Assembly (NCBI RefSeq): GCF_964355755.1
Contig: NC_092680.1
Span: 7,626,001-7,690,000 of the forward strand
From: Antedon mediterranea
Taxonomy: Eukaryota; Animalia; Echinodermata
DNA length: 64,000 nt
Reading direction: 5' to 3'
Shown one piece after another: positions 25,563-37,900 of this stretch; the first letter of the stretch is position 1, and every line of letters begins with the position of its first letter. Under the pieces are notes generated by a model. That model did no database searches. It was given only the letters and a program-made list of their open reading frames with translations, and was not told the origin of the DNA. A program made the translations under genes and the position numbers.

Positions 25563-26700
25563 AATAATTTATGTTTATTTAAAAACAACAAAATTATTAA
25601 ACCATCAATAATAACAGTACACTGACTCTAAATAAATAGACTACTGTCTCAATGAAGTTCTAACTAGACAGCCTCATGAGGTCTTAGGGCAACTGCAGGC
25701 TTCTAGTGGAGTGTAGTTGTTTCAATGTGTCTTTTTAAAATAACAAATAAATAATGTATGTTTATTTAAAAACAACAAATTTATACAATTATTAAAATAT
25801 CAATAATAACAGTACACTGACTCTAAATAAATAGACTATTGTCTCAATGAAGTTCTAACTAGTCAGCCTCATGAGGTCTTAGGGCAACTGCAGGCTTCTA
25901 GTGGAGTGTAGTTGTTGCAGTATGTCTTTAAATTTAAAAATAAATAATGTATGTTTATTTAAAATCAACAAAATTATACAATTATTAAATATCAATAATA
26001 ACAGTACACTCTAAATAGACTATTGTCTCAATGAAGTTCTAACTAGACAGCCTCACGAGGTCTTAGGGCAACTGCAGGCTTTTAGTGGAGTGTAGTTGTT
26101 TCAATATTATGTCTTTTTAAAATAAAAAATAAATAATGTATGTTTATTTTAAAAATTATTAAAATATCAATAACAACAGTACACTCCAAATAAATAGACT
26201 ACTGTCTCAATGAAGTTCTAACTAGACAGCCTCATGAGGTCTTAGGGCAACTGCAGGCTTCTAGTGGAGTGTAGTTGTTTCTATATGTCTTTTTAAAATA
26301 AAAAATAAATAATGTATGTTTATTTAAAAACAACAAATTTATACAATTATTAAACCATCAATAATAACAGTACACTGACTCTAAATAAATAGACTACTGT
26401 CTCAATGAAGTTCTAACTAGACAGCCTCATGAGGTCTTAGGGCAACTGCAGGCTTCTAGTGGAGTGTAGTTGTTTCAATGTGTCTTTTTAAAATAACAAA
26501 TAAATAATGTATGTTTATTTAAAAACAACAAATTTATACAATTATTAAACCATCAATAATAACAGTACACTGACTGTAAATAAATAGACTATTGTCTCAA
26601 TGAAGTTCTAACTAGACAGCCTCATGAGGTCTTAGGGCAACTGCAGGCTTCTAGTGGAGTGTAGTTGTTTCAATAAATACGTCTTTTTAAAATAAAAATT
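25563..26700. repeat. Satellite-like tandem array, 6 units of ~180-195 bp
   Basis: Core ctagacagcctcatgaggtcttagggcaactgcaggcttctagtggag recurs near 25671, 25866, 26051, 26230, 26424 and 26619. Confidence 0.92.
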
Positions 26701-28220
26701 AGTAAAAAAAAAAATTATATCAGGGGTCTAAATTCAGGGATTCGTATACAGTAACTGTTTCATGTCAATAAACCTTGGAACAAGGCCTACCTCAATGGAA
26801 ATAAGACTACAATGGTCCTTAAGCTATCGTGACTGATAATGGCATCAACAATTCAATATGCAATTTTATTGTTTCAAAATACTGTAATATTTCTTTTATT
26901 CTTCTTAGACATCTGATAAGGATATTGAGGAACCATTTTTCTTTCTCTAGTGGAGATGGAGAAGATAAACATAATTTGTCCACTTTTAACACTGAAACTG
27001 AATGTCCCCTTCCTATATATTCATCTAGAGTCCGTGTATGGCTTGGTAACCGTAGAAGATGCTTCTAAGCATCTGGACAAAATTTTAGAGGAGACATCAG
27101 AACTAACATTTTTTTTTTATTTTATCCCATTATTTATTGCGGGTAATTGCAGAATTTGAACAATGCTGTTTTGTATACGGTTGTCAATAAATTAATAAAC
27201 CAGATTATGTTTAATATTCTTTACTTTTTCTCTTGCAGGAGGACATTGATCAAGACATGTTGATTGGCAATTTATTATGTTTTCGATTACATTATCTGAA
27301 ACAGTATCTCAAATATTAGGTATTTTTCAATACTGGATTTTAAATGATAAAAAAATACATTATTTCAATTCACAGCTTTCCATAATGTCAACACAATGTT
27401 GGAAGCTGTATATTAAACTCAACTGTCTTATTAATTGAACATTTTATAGTTAATATTATTATACAGTTGTATTATCATACAATGTATCTTTCATGTTAGT
27501 ATCAAAAGGTAATATTTTAGTTTATATTGGAAGACATGAATAAATAATTTAAATGTTTTGATTATAATATCACTTTCGTCCGTTGTGTTCTTAATTAATG
27601 ATGTCACGCATAAAGGCCAATAGGAGTTTAAGGTAACAACAAAATAAGTGATTATTGGCTGAAAAATGTGTTAATGCAGAAGATGAAAACCCAGAGATAT
27701 AAAGAATACAGTATATTCTTATAAACACCACAGCAAAAAACACCACATTTGTAAGCCCATGTTTGCTACTAAATATTTCAAGTAAGCATGTATTCTTAAT
27801 TGTATACTACAGGAAATACATTGCTAAGCTCGTCTATGCTAAACGCAAAACGGTCTAAACACTTGCATTTAAGCACAAATGATATTCCAAACACTATACT
27901 TTTTCCAAGCACTTCTGTGCTAAACGCAAAACGGGCTAAACACTTGAAAGATAAGTATATTTTTCTTCTAAACACTACATCAAAAACACTACCATTTTCT
28001 AAACACAGAACGAGCTAAACACAGAAAAGGCTAAACATTTGAAAGATAAGCATATTTTTCTTCTAAACACTACAGTAAAAACACAAAACGAAACCAAACA
28101 CATTAGTGCTAAACACTAAATAAGCCTAAGCACATAGAATGCTAAACATGTTTAGCATTCTATGTGTCCAAAGTGACTACAAGAATTGTGTTTAGCATTG
28201 TGTTTATAGTTTTTACATTG

Positions 28221-28646
28221 GTACGTGTAGGTGTTTTAATATAAATAATTATAATAGGCCCATCAATACTTTAGCTGCTATGTGTCAGAATACCTGAATA
28301 CAGTATCAAATGTTTGAAACGATCAAAGAAGAAGAGTAAAATAAGATAAACTTTATTGTCAGGTTTACCACTAAAGCTTGGTTCCCACTAGAACGTAAAG
28401 CAAGGACGTAAACGCAACGCAAGCTTTTTAACCAATGACAAGCGAAGTTATAGACAGTTAGCAATCACAAGCGAATAAGCCATCGCTTATGATTGGTCAA
28501 TTCACTTGCGTTACGTTACGTCCTTGTGTTGCGTCGCCAGTGCGTACCACGCTTTAAGGTATACATGGATTTTTGACAAATAATATCATAATTAAAAAGT
28601 AATATTTTAATTATAAGTTCTCAGATTTGCTTGTGTAATATTCTGT
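28221..28646 (+). repeat. Direct duplication of 19109-19127 plus 20435-20786
   Basis: gtacgtgtaggtgttttaa|tataaat...cagatttgcttgtgtaatattctgta is shared on both sides of the CACTG element. Confidence 0.88.
28375..28553. mobile_element. MITE family H1 copy
   Basis: taa|agcttggttcccactag...agtgcgtaccacgct|tta. Confidence 0.7.
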
Positions 28647-28926
28647 ACAGTAGATAATTTATTATAACTCGTTTATTTCAATACTTCTTTTACTGTTGTT
28701 AAATAAATTAATTATTATGCTTTGTAAAATTGTATTATACACATTGAAAAAGATGAATGTTACAATATTGTAATAATAATATTAATATTAATATTAATAT
28801 TATTATGTAATAATATTGTTACAATATTGTAGCTTAAATTATACAACCAACATCTCTAATAACACAATGTGCATTAGTGCATAAGGAACTGATTTTCCTT
28901 TCGATTGGTTGGCAGTGTATGTTGCA

Positions 28927-29645
28927 AGGTGATGGCGATGATGATAGTGATGAATGTGATGATGGTGATAATGACGATGATAATGGTGATGGTGATGGTG
29001 ATGATGGTGGTGATGGTGATGATGGTGGTGATTGTTATGACGATGGTGGTGATGATGATGGTGGAGATGGTGATGATGATGATAAAAGTGGTGATGGTGA
29101 TGGTGATGATGATGATGGTGGTGATGGTGATGGTGGAGATGGTGGTGATGGTTATAATGATGATAATGGTGATGGTGATGATAATGGTGATGGTGATGAT
29201 GACGATGATTGTGATGATGATGATAATGGTGATGGTGACGATGACGATGATTGTGATGATGATGGTGATTGTGATGATGATAAAAGTGGTGATGGTGATG
29301 GTGATGATGATGATGGTGGTGATGGTTATAATGATGATAATGGTGATGGTGATGATAATGGTGATGGTGATGATGACGATGATTGGGATGATGATGGTGA
29401 TTGTGATGATGATAAAAGTGGTGATGGTGATGGTGATGATGATGATGGTGGTGATGGTTATAATGATGATAATGGTGATGGTGATGATAATGGTGATGGT
29501 GATGATGACGATGATTGTGATGATGATGGTGATTGTGATGATGATAAAAGTGGTGATGGTGATGGTTATAATGATGATAATGGTGATGGTGATGATAATG
29601 GTGATGGTGATGATGATTGTGATGATGGTAATGATGATGATTATT
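28927..29645. repeat. Compound (GAT/GGT)n microsatellite with ~120-bp higher-order repeats
   Basis: gataaaagtggt marker recurs near 29081, 29279, 29411 and 29543. Confidence 0.92.
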
Positions 29646-30619
29646 ATATGAAAGAACAAATCTATAAAATATGTGATTATTATTTTACAAACATTACACA
29701 AGCTACGTAATTTGCACCATTGTATGTGTAAGTAAAAATACTATTGACTATAATGGAAGTATAACATTAACATCATCTTGGACAAATTGAGACGTGAGAA
29801 AATACAGAGAACCTAAAAATAACATAAACCAAATTTTGTTACTACTGCAGTAATGAAATAATATAACTGGCATAAAAAATACTTTATAAATATATACAGT
29901 ATATATTTAAATTTTAAAAATGGCGCTATTTTACTACTAATTAGATACCAATAATGGATAATTTAGTATGTAACAAGAAGTATTGAACCACAAAACGATT
30001 TTACAGTTTTATTTTTCATCTATATATTTAGCCGATTATCAGTACTTTATCTATACTTTTCCCAGTATCATAGGCCAAGTCTGTAATTCAGTGTCTATGT
30101 GGCACGTATGAAGCCTGTATCATGGCCGCCAGGATCGCTTCGATTCAATGTCTCTCCTTTTAACGTCGCCATTTCGAGAATAATGTTTATAATACAAGTG
30201 TATAGTTTTATTTCATTTTGTCCATATAACCTTTTGTATTCTGAAATATGATGGATCCAACAAAAATTAATTATCGCTTGATCCATTGAAAAGTATGGTT
30301 ATTGAACTAATAATACAATGTTCTACTAGAAAATAATTATCGACCTTCTATCATACATCAAATTCATTAAATTTCGTCGTTTTAGTTATTGTTATTAGGC
30401 CGATAATGGAAATTTCCAAGAAGTTAATGAATTAAAGAAGCAAAACGGTGACTCTAATCTGTAACATTTTATCTATATGAAAAGGGCCTACTAATAATAA
30501 ATGATTAGTTGGTGTTATTAAAGAGCAATGGATATAAAGGGATTAAGTACATGTAAACAAACTCTGATTATCAAAGGATAAAATGGAAAAAATGAATTGA
30601 AATTTTCTTCATAATTATT

Positions 30620-31803
30620 ATGATGCAGTCTTAACTCTTCTTGACGCTGTTTATTCTGGTCTTGAGAGACCGCGATCATATGTTCGCTCTATGTTCTTCG
30701 ATTTCTCTTCAGCCTTTAATATTATTCAATCACATATTCTGCTCCGGAAACTCCGTGATATGAATATTAATTCACACATAATCTTGTGGATTGGTGATTT
30801 TCTATCAAACAGACAACAGGTGGTTAGGATAGGTGGACTTTCTTCTAGTACTCTTTTCACTAACACTGGTGTCCCTCAGGGATGTGTTCTTTCTCCTGTT
30901 CTTTTCTCTCTTTACACAAATGACTTTAAAATTGAAATAATTATGTTAGTATAGTTAAGTATGCAGATGATTCTGTTGTCACGGGTATAATTCAGCATAA
31001 CTGTGAAGATGAGTATAGAAATACACTTAAGTTGTTTGAGTCGTGGTGTAAGAAAAATTTTCTTATATTAAACGATAAGATCAAAGAATTAATTTTTGAT
31101 TTCAGAAAGAAGAAAAGTGTTATTGATAATATTGTATTAAACGACCAAAAGATAGAAACTGTAAAAGAACATAAATATTTAGGAACAACGGTAGGTTGTG
31201 AATTAAATTGGAATGCAAATACTGTAAATATTGTTAAAAAATGTAATGAACGGCTGTACCTTCTCAGAAAGCTGAACTCTTTCAGAGTGAATAATGATGT
31301 ACTTTTTATGTTTCACCAGAGTGTTATTTTTAGTGTTGTAACTTTCAACTGTGTTGTTTGGTACAATAGTCTGAGTGCTAATGATAAAAAGAAACTTGAC
31401 CGTACTATGAAAACTGCTAGTAAAATAATGGAAAGAATGTCAATGTTATCGACGCAGTTTACAGGCGCGATGTTATTAGCCAAGTTAAGAAAATAATGGA
31501 AGATAACTCACAACAATTGAATGATAAATATGTTGTTAATAAATCAGGTAGAATTCGTCCTTTAATGTGCAATACCACTCGATGTAGGAAATCATTTGTC
31601 CACAACTCTATTCATGTTTCTAACACAACATTCCAAAGATAGTTTGTTTACTTGTTTACTACTGTATATAGTTTAATGTATTGTATTGATATTTTTAATG
31701 TTTTATATATTGTATGTGTTTTTAAGCATCAAGGAAAACCAATTTCATGTTCGCCTTGTTGTGTTCATGACAATAAAGATTTATCTTATCTTATCTTATC
31801 TTA
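30620..31803 (+). mobile_element. 5'-truncated Rex1/Babar-clade LINE
   Basis: YVRSMFFDFSSAFNII, TNTGVPQGCVLSPVLFSLYTND, KYADD, RLYLLRKLNSF; AATAAA at 31772 plus (TTATC)n tail. Confidence 0.88.
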
Positions 31804-31876
31804 TAAGGCAAAGTAGGCCTATGTTTTAATACCGCACTAACGGCGTCCCATAGTTAAATTTAAGCTAAACAAAAAC

Positions 31877-31963
31877 ATGGCGGCGGTATCGTCAGAAGGA
31901 GATCTTGATTTTAATCAATTAAAAGTTTTGGCCAGAGATGAACTTATTCGCACTCTTGAATCT
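31877..31963 (+). CDS. VPS33B: VPS33B exon 1
   Basis: MAAVSSEGDLDFNQLKVLARDELIRTLES |gtaagt. Confidence 0.9.
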
Positions 31964-34900
31964 GTAAGTAATTCACCAAAATAATGAGTTTGGTACTATA
32001 TTATTAATTCCCAGGTGACTGTTGCAGGTACGCCGTGCCTAGCTAGGCCTAGGCCGTCCCTGTATGAGTGATAGCTTGTTGCAGTGCTGGAGGATTCATC
32101 CAGGACACTCATCAGTTACATATACATACAGGTCGTTTCGCCCTGATTTATAGTCTAGGCCTAGATGTATTACACAACCTCCGACTTTGGGTGTCATATT
32201 TTATAACATTTAAAAAATTTAATTTTAATTAATTCTTTTAGCCATAAATAATAAATAGCAATTGCGATGATAGGCCTATGGATGCTTTAAAGGAAGTTTA
32301 TATAATTATTTAATAATATTAAAATACACACTACTCTACTACTAGGCCTTGTTTGTAGACTAGACTACAGTAGCTCTGGCCTGTTTCATCTTTATTTTGA
32401 TATTTATTAATATTACAACTAAATGTTTTCTTAGATGCCAGATAGTAAGGATTTGGTGATTGAACCAAAACTTATGAAGATACTTGATAGGATTGCAGGT
32501 GCTCAGCTTTTACGGGTACATTTTTATTATTTTATATGTATTTTATGCACTTGTCAATTGTATGACCCACTATACGACCCCCGGGAGAGGTGCGTCATTT
32601 GTCCGATGTGCGTCATACCTTATGAATGCCATGATGAACTCGTGCGTAAAAAAATGTTACCTTTAGTGACCATGGTGCACCCATTTTGACGCACTGTCAC
32701 CATATTGTTTATGATATGGTGGATGGTAAAGTGACGGACATTGACACACCTTGTTCATTGATGTGACATACCATCTAGGTTTTTTGACGCACCCCTGCAT
32801 CAGTAATTATTTGTAAATGACGCACCCATGGGGGTGTATACTGGGTCATACAATTGACAAATGCATTATAAATTTATAGTAAAGATAGTAAGGTTTGTAT
32901 AGTATTATAATATACTGTCTGTTAGTGTTTATAAATCACTGTATTGCAAATTTTACTAAACTAGTTTTTATTGGGCAAAAAAACAAATTTTAATAATTGG
33001 TATAATTTATAAATAATATTATTAGTAGCTTACTGTAGTCGAATTTGTATTTATTTTATCATTGTTTGATGTTGGTCTATGTTTCCTCAATCAAGCTCTG
33101 TCTACACTAACACAGTTTATGTGACAAAAAAATGTGATGTGCCCATATCATGAACATGATGGTGCCATATCACTACCATATTTGGGCATATCACTGCCAT
33201 ATTTGGGCACACACTTTTTTTGTCAAATTAGTTTGATAGTGTAGACTAGAGCTTTAGATGGTGAACCTTGAGTTCACTGTTGGCTGGGAAAATAAATAAA
33301 AAATAAATATATAAAATATATGGACAGTTCAGGGGACAGTTTATAATATTTATATTATTGATAGATTATGGATACAATTTCTATTTTTGCAGAACCATGG
33401 TGCCAGCAAAATATTCAAATTAGAACCAAATTCACCAAAAACAGACTCTGGACAGTAAGTAAAATCTAAATTAAAAGACAAAGTCAAATGTTTTGTATTG
33501 TATATAATGTGATTTAAACAAATATGAAATAAATTTAACATGACAACATTACTAAAATGTTTTGTTATTATTATTCTTCAAATGTCTTTCTTGTACCTAT
33601 GAAAGTTTTATTAATTGTTGTTGTTGGGCGTGTGGCGCAGTGTGTTGGACTACTGATCGTGAGACCGAGGTTCGAATCCAACTCTCGCCTCATTGCTTGT
33701 ATCTGTAGGCAAGATACTTTACTTACGTTTGCCTCTCTCCACCCAGGTGTATAAATGGGTACCCAGTTAGATCAACACACAACTTTGCGCTGATTACTAG
33801 CTGCATTATGGAAGTATGTTTCCATACATGTTTGATCCAAAAAATGACTGGGGTAATAATGTTCAGCGTTTAGAGGTTTCAATACATTAGGCGCTATATA
33901 AATTCAGGATATTATTATTAATGACAGTATATTCCGTCCTTTCATCCATCCTTTATGTCTGATTTCACTAACAGGCATATCCCTGGGTATAGTCCCAGTA
34001 TTGACTTTTTAATACACTGCATTCTTTGTTCTGTTTACTTGAGTTAAGCCTCCCACTGTCTAGAATTTGTAATGTTGTTTTATGTCGTCTGATGCAATAA
34101 AAATATCCTGTTTTTGCAGAAGGATGTATATTTGTCGTCCGACAGCTGAAAATATGAAAGTGATTGCAGGTAATAACATTTTTTTTAAAGTGAAAATATA
34201 AATAAATTATGAAAACCCTTATTGAATTTTGCTTTATTTATTATTCCACTAACCAACTGTAAGGTCAAGGTTCACCACTTGAGGGAACAAACAATGCACA
34301 TAAAATACATGGAAGTTATGTTAATTTACAGTATAATAGAATATAGAATTCTAAAAAAACAAAAACAAAAATGTATTGATTGAATAATTATACTACATAT
34401 ATTTAATTAACATTATAGTTAATTATTTCACATCACAGGTACAGTAGCTCTTTAGTTGTAAAAAAAATAAACAATATAGTCCATGGGCTGGAGGGGGTTA
34501 CCGTGCACCCCCCCCCCCCCCCACAGTTAAACTTCTTTGGTATCATTTCTTCCCACGGACATATAGAGTGAAAAAATCGATGTTAACAAGAAAAATATAG
34601 GGATGCATTGTATGTACTTGCGTCATTTGTAATGATCATCAGTGGTTTATCTTCAAATATTTTTTGGGGTAGGGGGTAACATTTATCCTAATAACCCAAG
34701 AATCCAACATATAATTAGTATTATCTTAGTAACATTGTGTAGCATACATCTTTTAAAATCTTTTAAAATTTCGGAAGATTATTAAGGTCAGTAGAGGTCA
34801 AAAGGTCATTGACCTTTTGCAAAATACAAATTTTTCCCAAAATATAGATAAATTTCAATATCGTATCTACAATTTTCAATATTTTTTATCTTAATTGTGT

Positions 34901-37900
34901 TTTACTTGTGCTTACTGACATATTGAATAAGAAAATATATGTTAACAAGATAAAAAATGCAGTTCATTATATACAAATTGTTATTTTTTATTGTTAAAAA
35001 TTGCAATAAAAATACATTTTTTGGGGTAGGGGGTAACAATAATACCAATAACCCAAGAATCAAACATCTAATTAGTATGATCTTGGTGTCGTTGTGTAGA
35101 ATTCATGTTTTTTAATCATATAAAATTTGAATAAATTAATCGAACCATTTTTAAGGTCAGTAGAGGTCAAAAGGTCACTGACCTTTTGCAAAATTGCAAA
35201 TATTTGCCATAATGAGATACATTTCAATATCAAATCTCCAATTTTCAATATTTTTTATTTTAATTGTGTTTTACTTGTGTTTACTGACATATTGAATAAC
35301 AAAATATGTGTTAACATGAAAAAAATTGCACTGCATTAATACCATTGTCATGTAATTTTGTTATTCTTCAAAATTACAATAAAAAGACATTTTTGGGGTA
35401 GGGGGTAACAATTATCCCAATAACCCAAGAATCCAACACCTAATTAGTATTATCTTGGTACCATTGTGTTGCATACATCTTTTAAAATCTTATAAAATTT
35501 AAATAAAATTAACCGGACTATTAGTAGGGTCAGTAGAGGTCAAAAGGTCATTGACCTTTTACAAAAATGCATATTTTTGCCAAAATATAGATAAATTTCA
35601 ACATAGTATCTATAATTTTCAATATGTTTTATCTTAATTGTGTTTTACTTGTGCTTACTGACATATTGAATAAGAAAATATATGTTAACAAGATTAAAAT
35701 TGCAGTTCATTATACACAAATTATCATTTTTTATTCTTAAAAATTGTAATAAAAATACATTTTTTGGGGTAGGGTGTAACATTAATAGCAATAACCCAAG
35801 AATCAAACATCTAATTAGTATGATCTTGGTGTCGTTGTGTAGCATTCGTGTTTTTTAACCATATAGAATTTTAATAAAATTAATTGAACTATGTTTAAGG
35901 TCAGTAGAGGTCAAAAAGGTCACTGACCTTTTGCAAAATTTCAAATATTTGCCATAATGAGATACATTTCAATATCAATTCTCCAATTTTTTCAATACTT
36001 TTCATTTTAATTGTGTTTTACTTGTGTTTACTGACAATGACATTGAATAACAAAATGTGTGTTAACATGAAAAAAATTGCAGTGCATTGAATTGTCTTTT
36101 ACTTGTGCTTACTAACATATTGAATAAGAAAACGGAGTAAAACGGGAAAACGGTAACCCCCTCCAGCCCATGGACTAATACATTTTACAATTAAAAATGT
36201 ATGCCTTTGAATTGCCTGTAAATACTTTTGTTATGCTCTCAGACTTATCTTCTTGTTGTTATTTTCATCTTATCGATAATATTGCGTATATAATAATTAT
36301 TCACTTTTTTCTTAGATCACATTAAATCTGATAAACAAGGTGGCAAGAAAACGTTGTACACCGTAGCTCTTATTCCAAAAAAGGTATTTTCTTATTCCAA
36401 ATCACTATAATTATAGAATGTTTTGTGAACAACAGCATTAAATTGTTAAGGACTACTAAGAGTTTCACAGAGAAAAACACACGATACTTTACAAAAAGTG
36501 GAGTTAAACACGCCATGAGAAAATGTCAGACAGGAATAGAACACAATCCTTGAATTATTAGACGAGAACCCAATCCACTAAGCGGCCACTCCAAAAACAA
36601 CATTTTTCTATCAAAGGAATTAACAGGTTTTTAAACATAAAACGTTGAGTGGGCTTACAGCAATGATGTTTCTACAAGAAGATCCACTGATTAATTTCAG
36701 ATAAAATAATAAAAGGATAAATCCAATTAAAGAGACAGAACACATTTTGAAAATTTGGCGTTTCTATCTATTTTATCATTTTCAAGAAAATAATCTAATA
36801 GAAATCATTAGATGAATCGGACGGAGCGGACGTGGTCTACGGAGGCTCTTCAAATCTTTCATTAGAATTGCCCTTTTTCGCAGTAATTTGCTAAATTAGC
36901 GTGACAAATCATGTACTATAGGTATTCATCAATGTGCTGACCAAGTAGTTCAAACCATGTTATACATCAAGTGATTTTTTGTGGTAATCTATCGATACTG
37001 AGGTAAGCAAATTTTCGCTTAATTAACTGCCAACTTTGAAAGGTACTCACGCCACCGGGTACCCACGCCACAAGCCAAGCGTCGGCCTTGAATAAGAATA
37101 GTCAATAATGGCTGGGCCTACTAACAATACAACGAACTCTTCAAGTAATATTGACGTCGATTTACAATTAGAAGATTTACCTTCAACTAGTTACGATAAA
37201 TCTATCGCTGACTCACAAACTTTGTCTAGGATTCAATGTTTATATAACTGTCAAGCTGGCCATATTGACAAAGGGAAACCACTTATATGTACTTTATGCC
37301 AGGAACATTTCCATAGAGTATGCCTTAATGTTAAGTCTACATCCAACATGAAGGGGTGGATATGTCCATTGTGTAAGGACATACCCAGAACAATTAAGAC
37401 ACTACTCCGACTTAATTCGGACCACGAAGCGGTGATAACTGATCTAAATAAGGAGATTAGGTCATTGTCGAAAGTTATCAGTGAACAATCTGTAAATATC
37501 GAGAACCTACAGGTTAAGTTGAACAACTATACTTCGGTTTCACAACATCATCATGATCAACCAATAGTGCCTAGATCAGACATTATTGTCGATACAACCA
37601 CCGTTGTTACAACTCAGACTACCCCGAAAGAAAATATTCCACTCGACACCGACAACTCTAAGCAACTTCCAGCCACACTTTTGATAGGCGACTCAATGAT
37701 TAGAGACATTAAGGAACGAGGGCTAATTGATACAGAGGTGATTTGTTTGCGTGGCGGAAGGATTCAGGATATTGATTCGAAACTAAACAAAAGGCTGGAC
37801 TCGGACCAAGCGTTTAGCACTGTTGTGGTTCATGTTGGCACTAACAACTGTACGTCAACCGAAAAGCTTGAATCCGGTATTGCCAACTATAAAAAAATGA

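Larger units (their letters stand above)
20787..28220. mobile_element. EnSpm/CACTA-like (CACTG) composite DNA transposon remnant with nested insertions
   Basis: TIR CACTGTAAAAAC / GTTTTTACATTG; arrays of TGTTTAG/CTAAACA subterminal motifs at ~20800-21385 and ~27830-28200; decayed coding-like remnant near 27240-27380. Confidence 0.65.

Noticed and set aside
25563-26700. CRISPR-like or hammerhead-like look of the 190-bp array (CTCATGAGGTCTTAGGGCAAC)
   Set aside because: The spacers are homologous to each other and there are no cas genes; the hammerhead core CUGANGA and GAAA are absent.
28874-29710. Long Asp/Gly-rich (and Ile/Thr, Met/Val) ORFs resembling an acidic biomineralisation protein
   Set aside because: Three frames are open only because of the GAT/GGT microsatellite; there is no convincing gene context.
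33626-33700. tRNA gene
   Set aside because: No complete cloverleaf; it continues into a SINE body. The same applies to 50272-50355 and the degenerate head at ~60-115.
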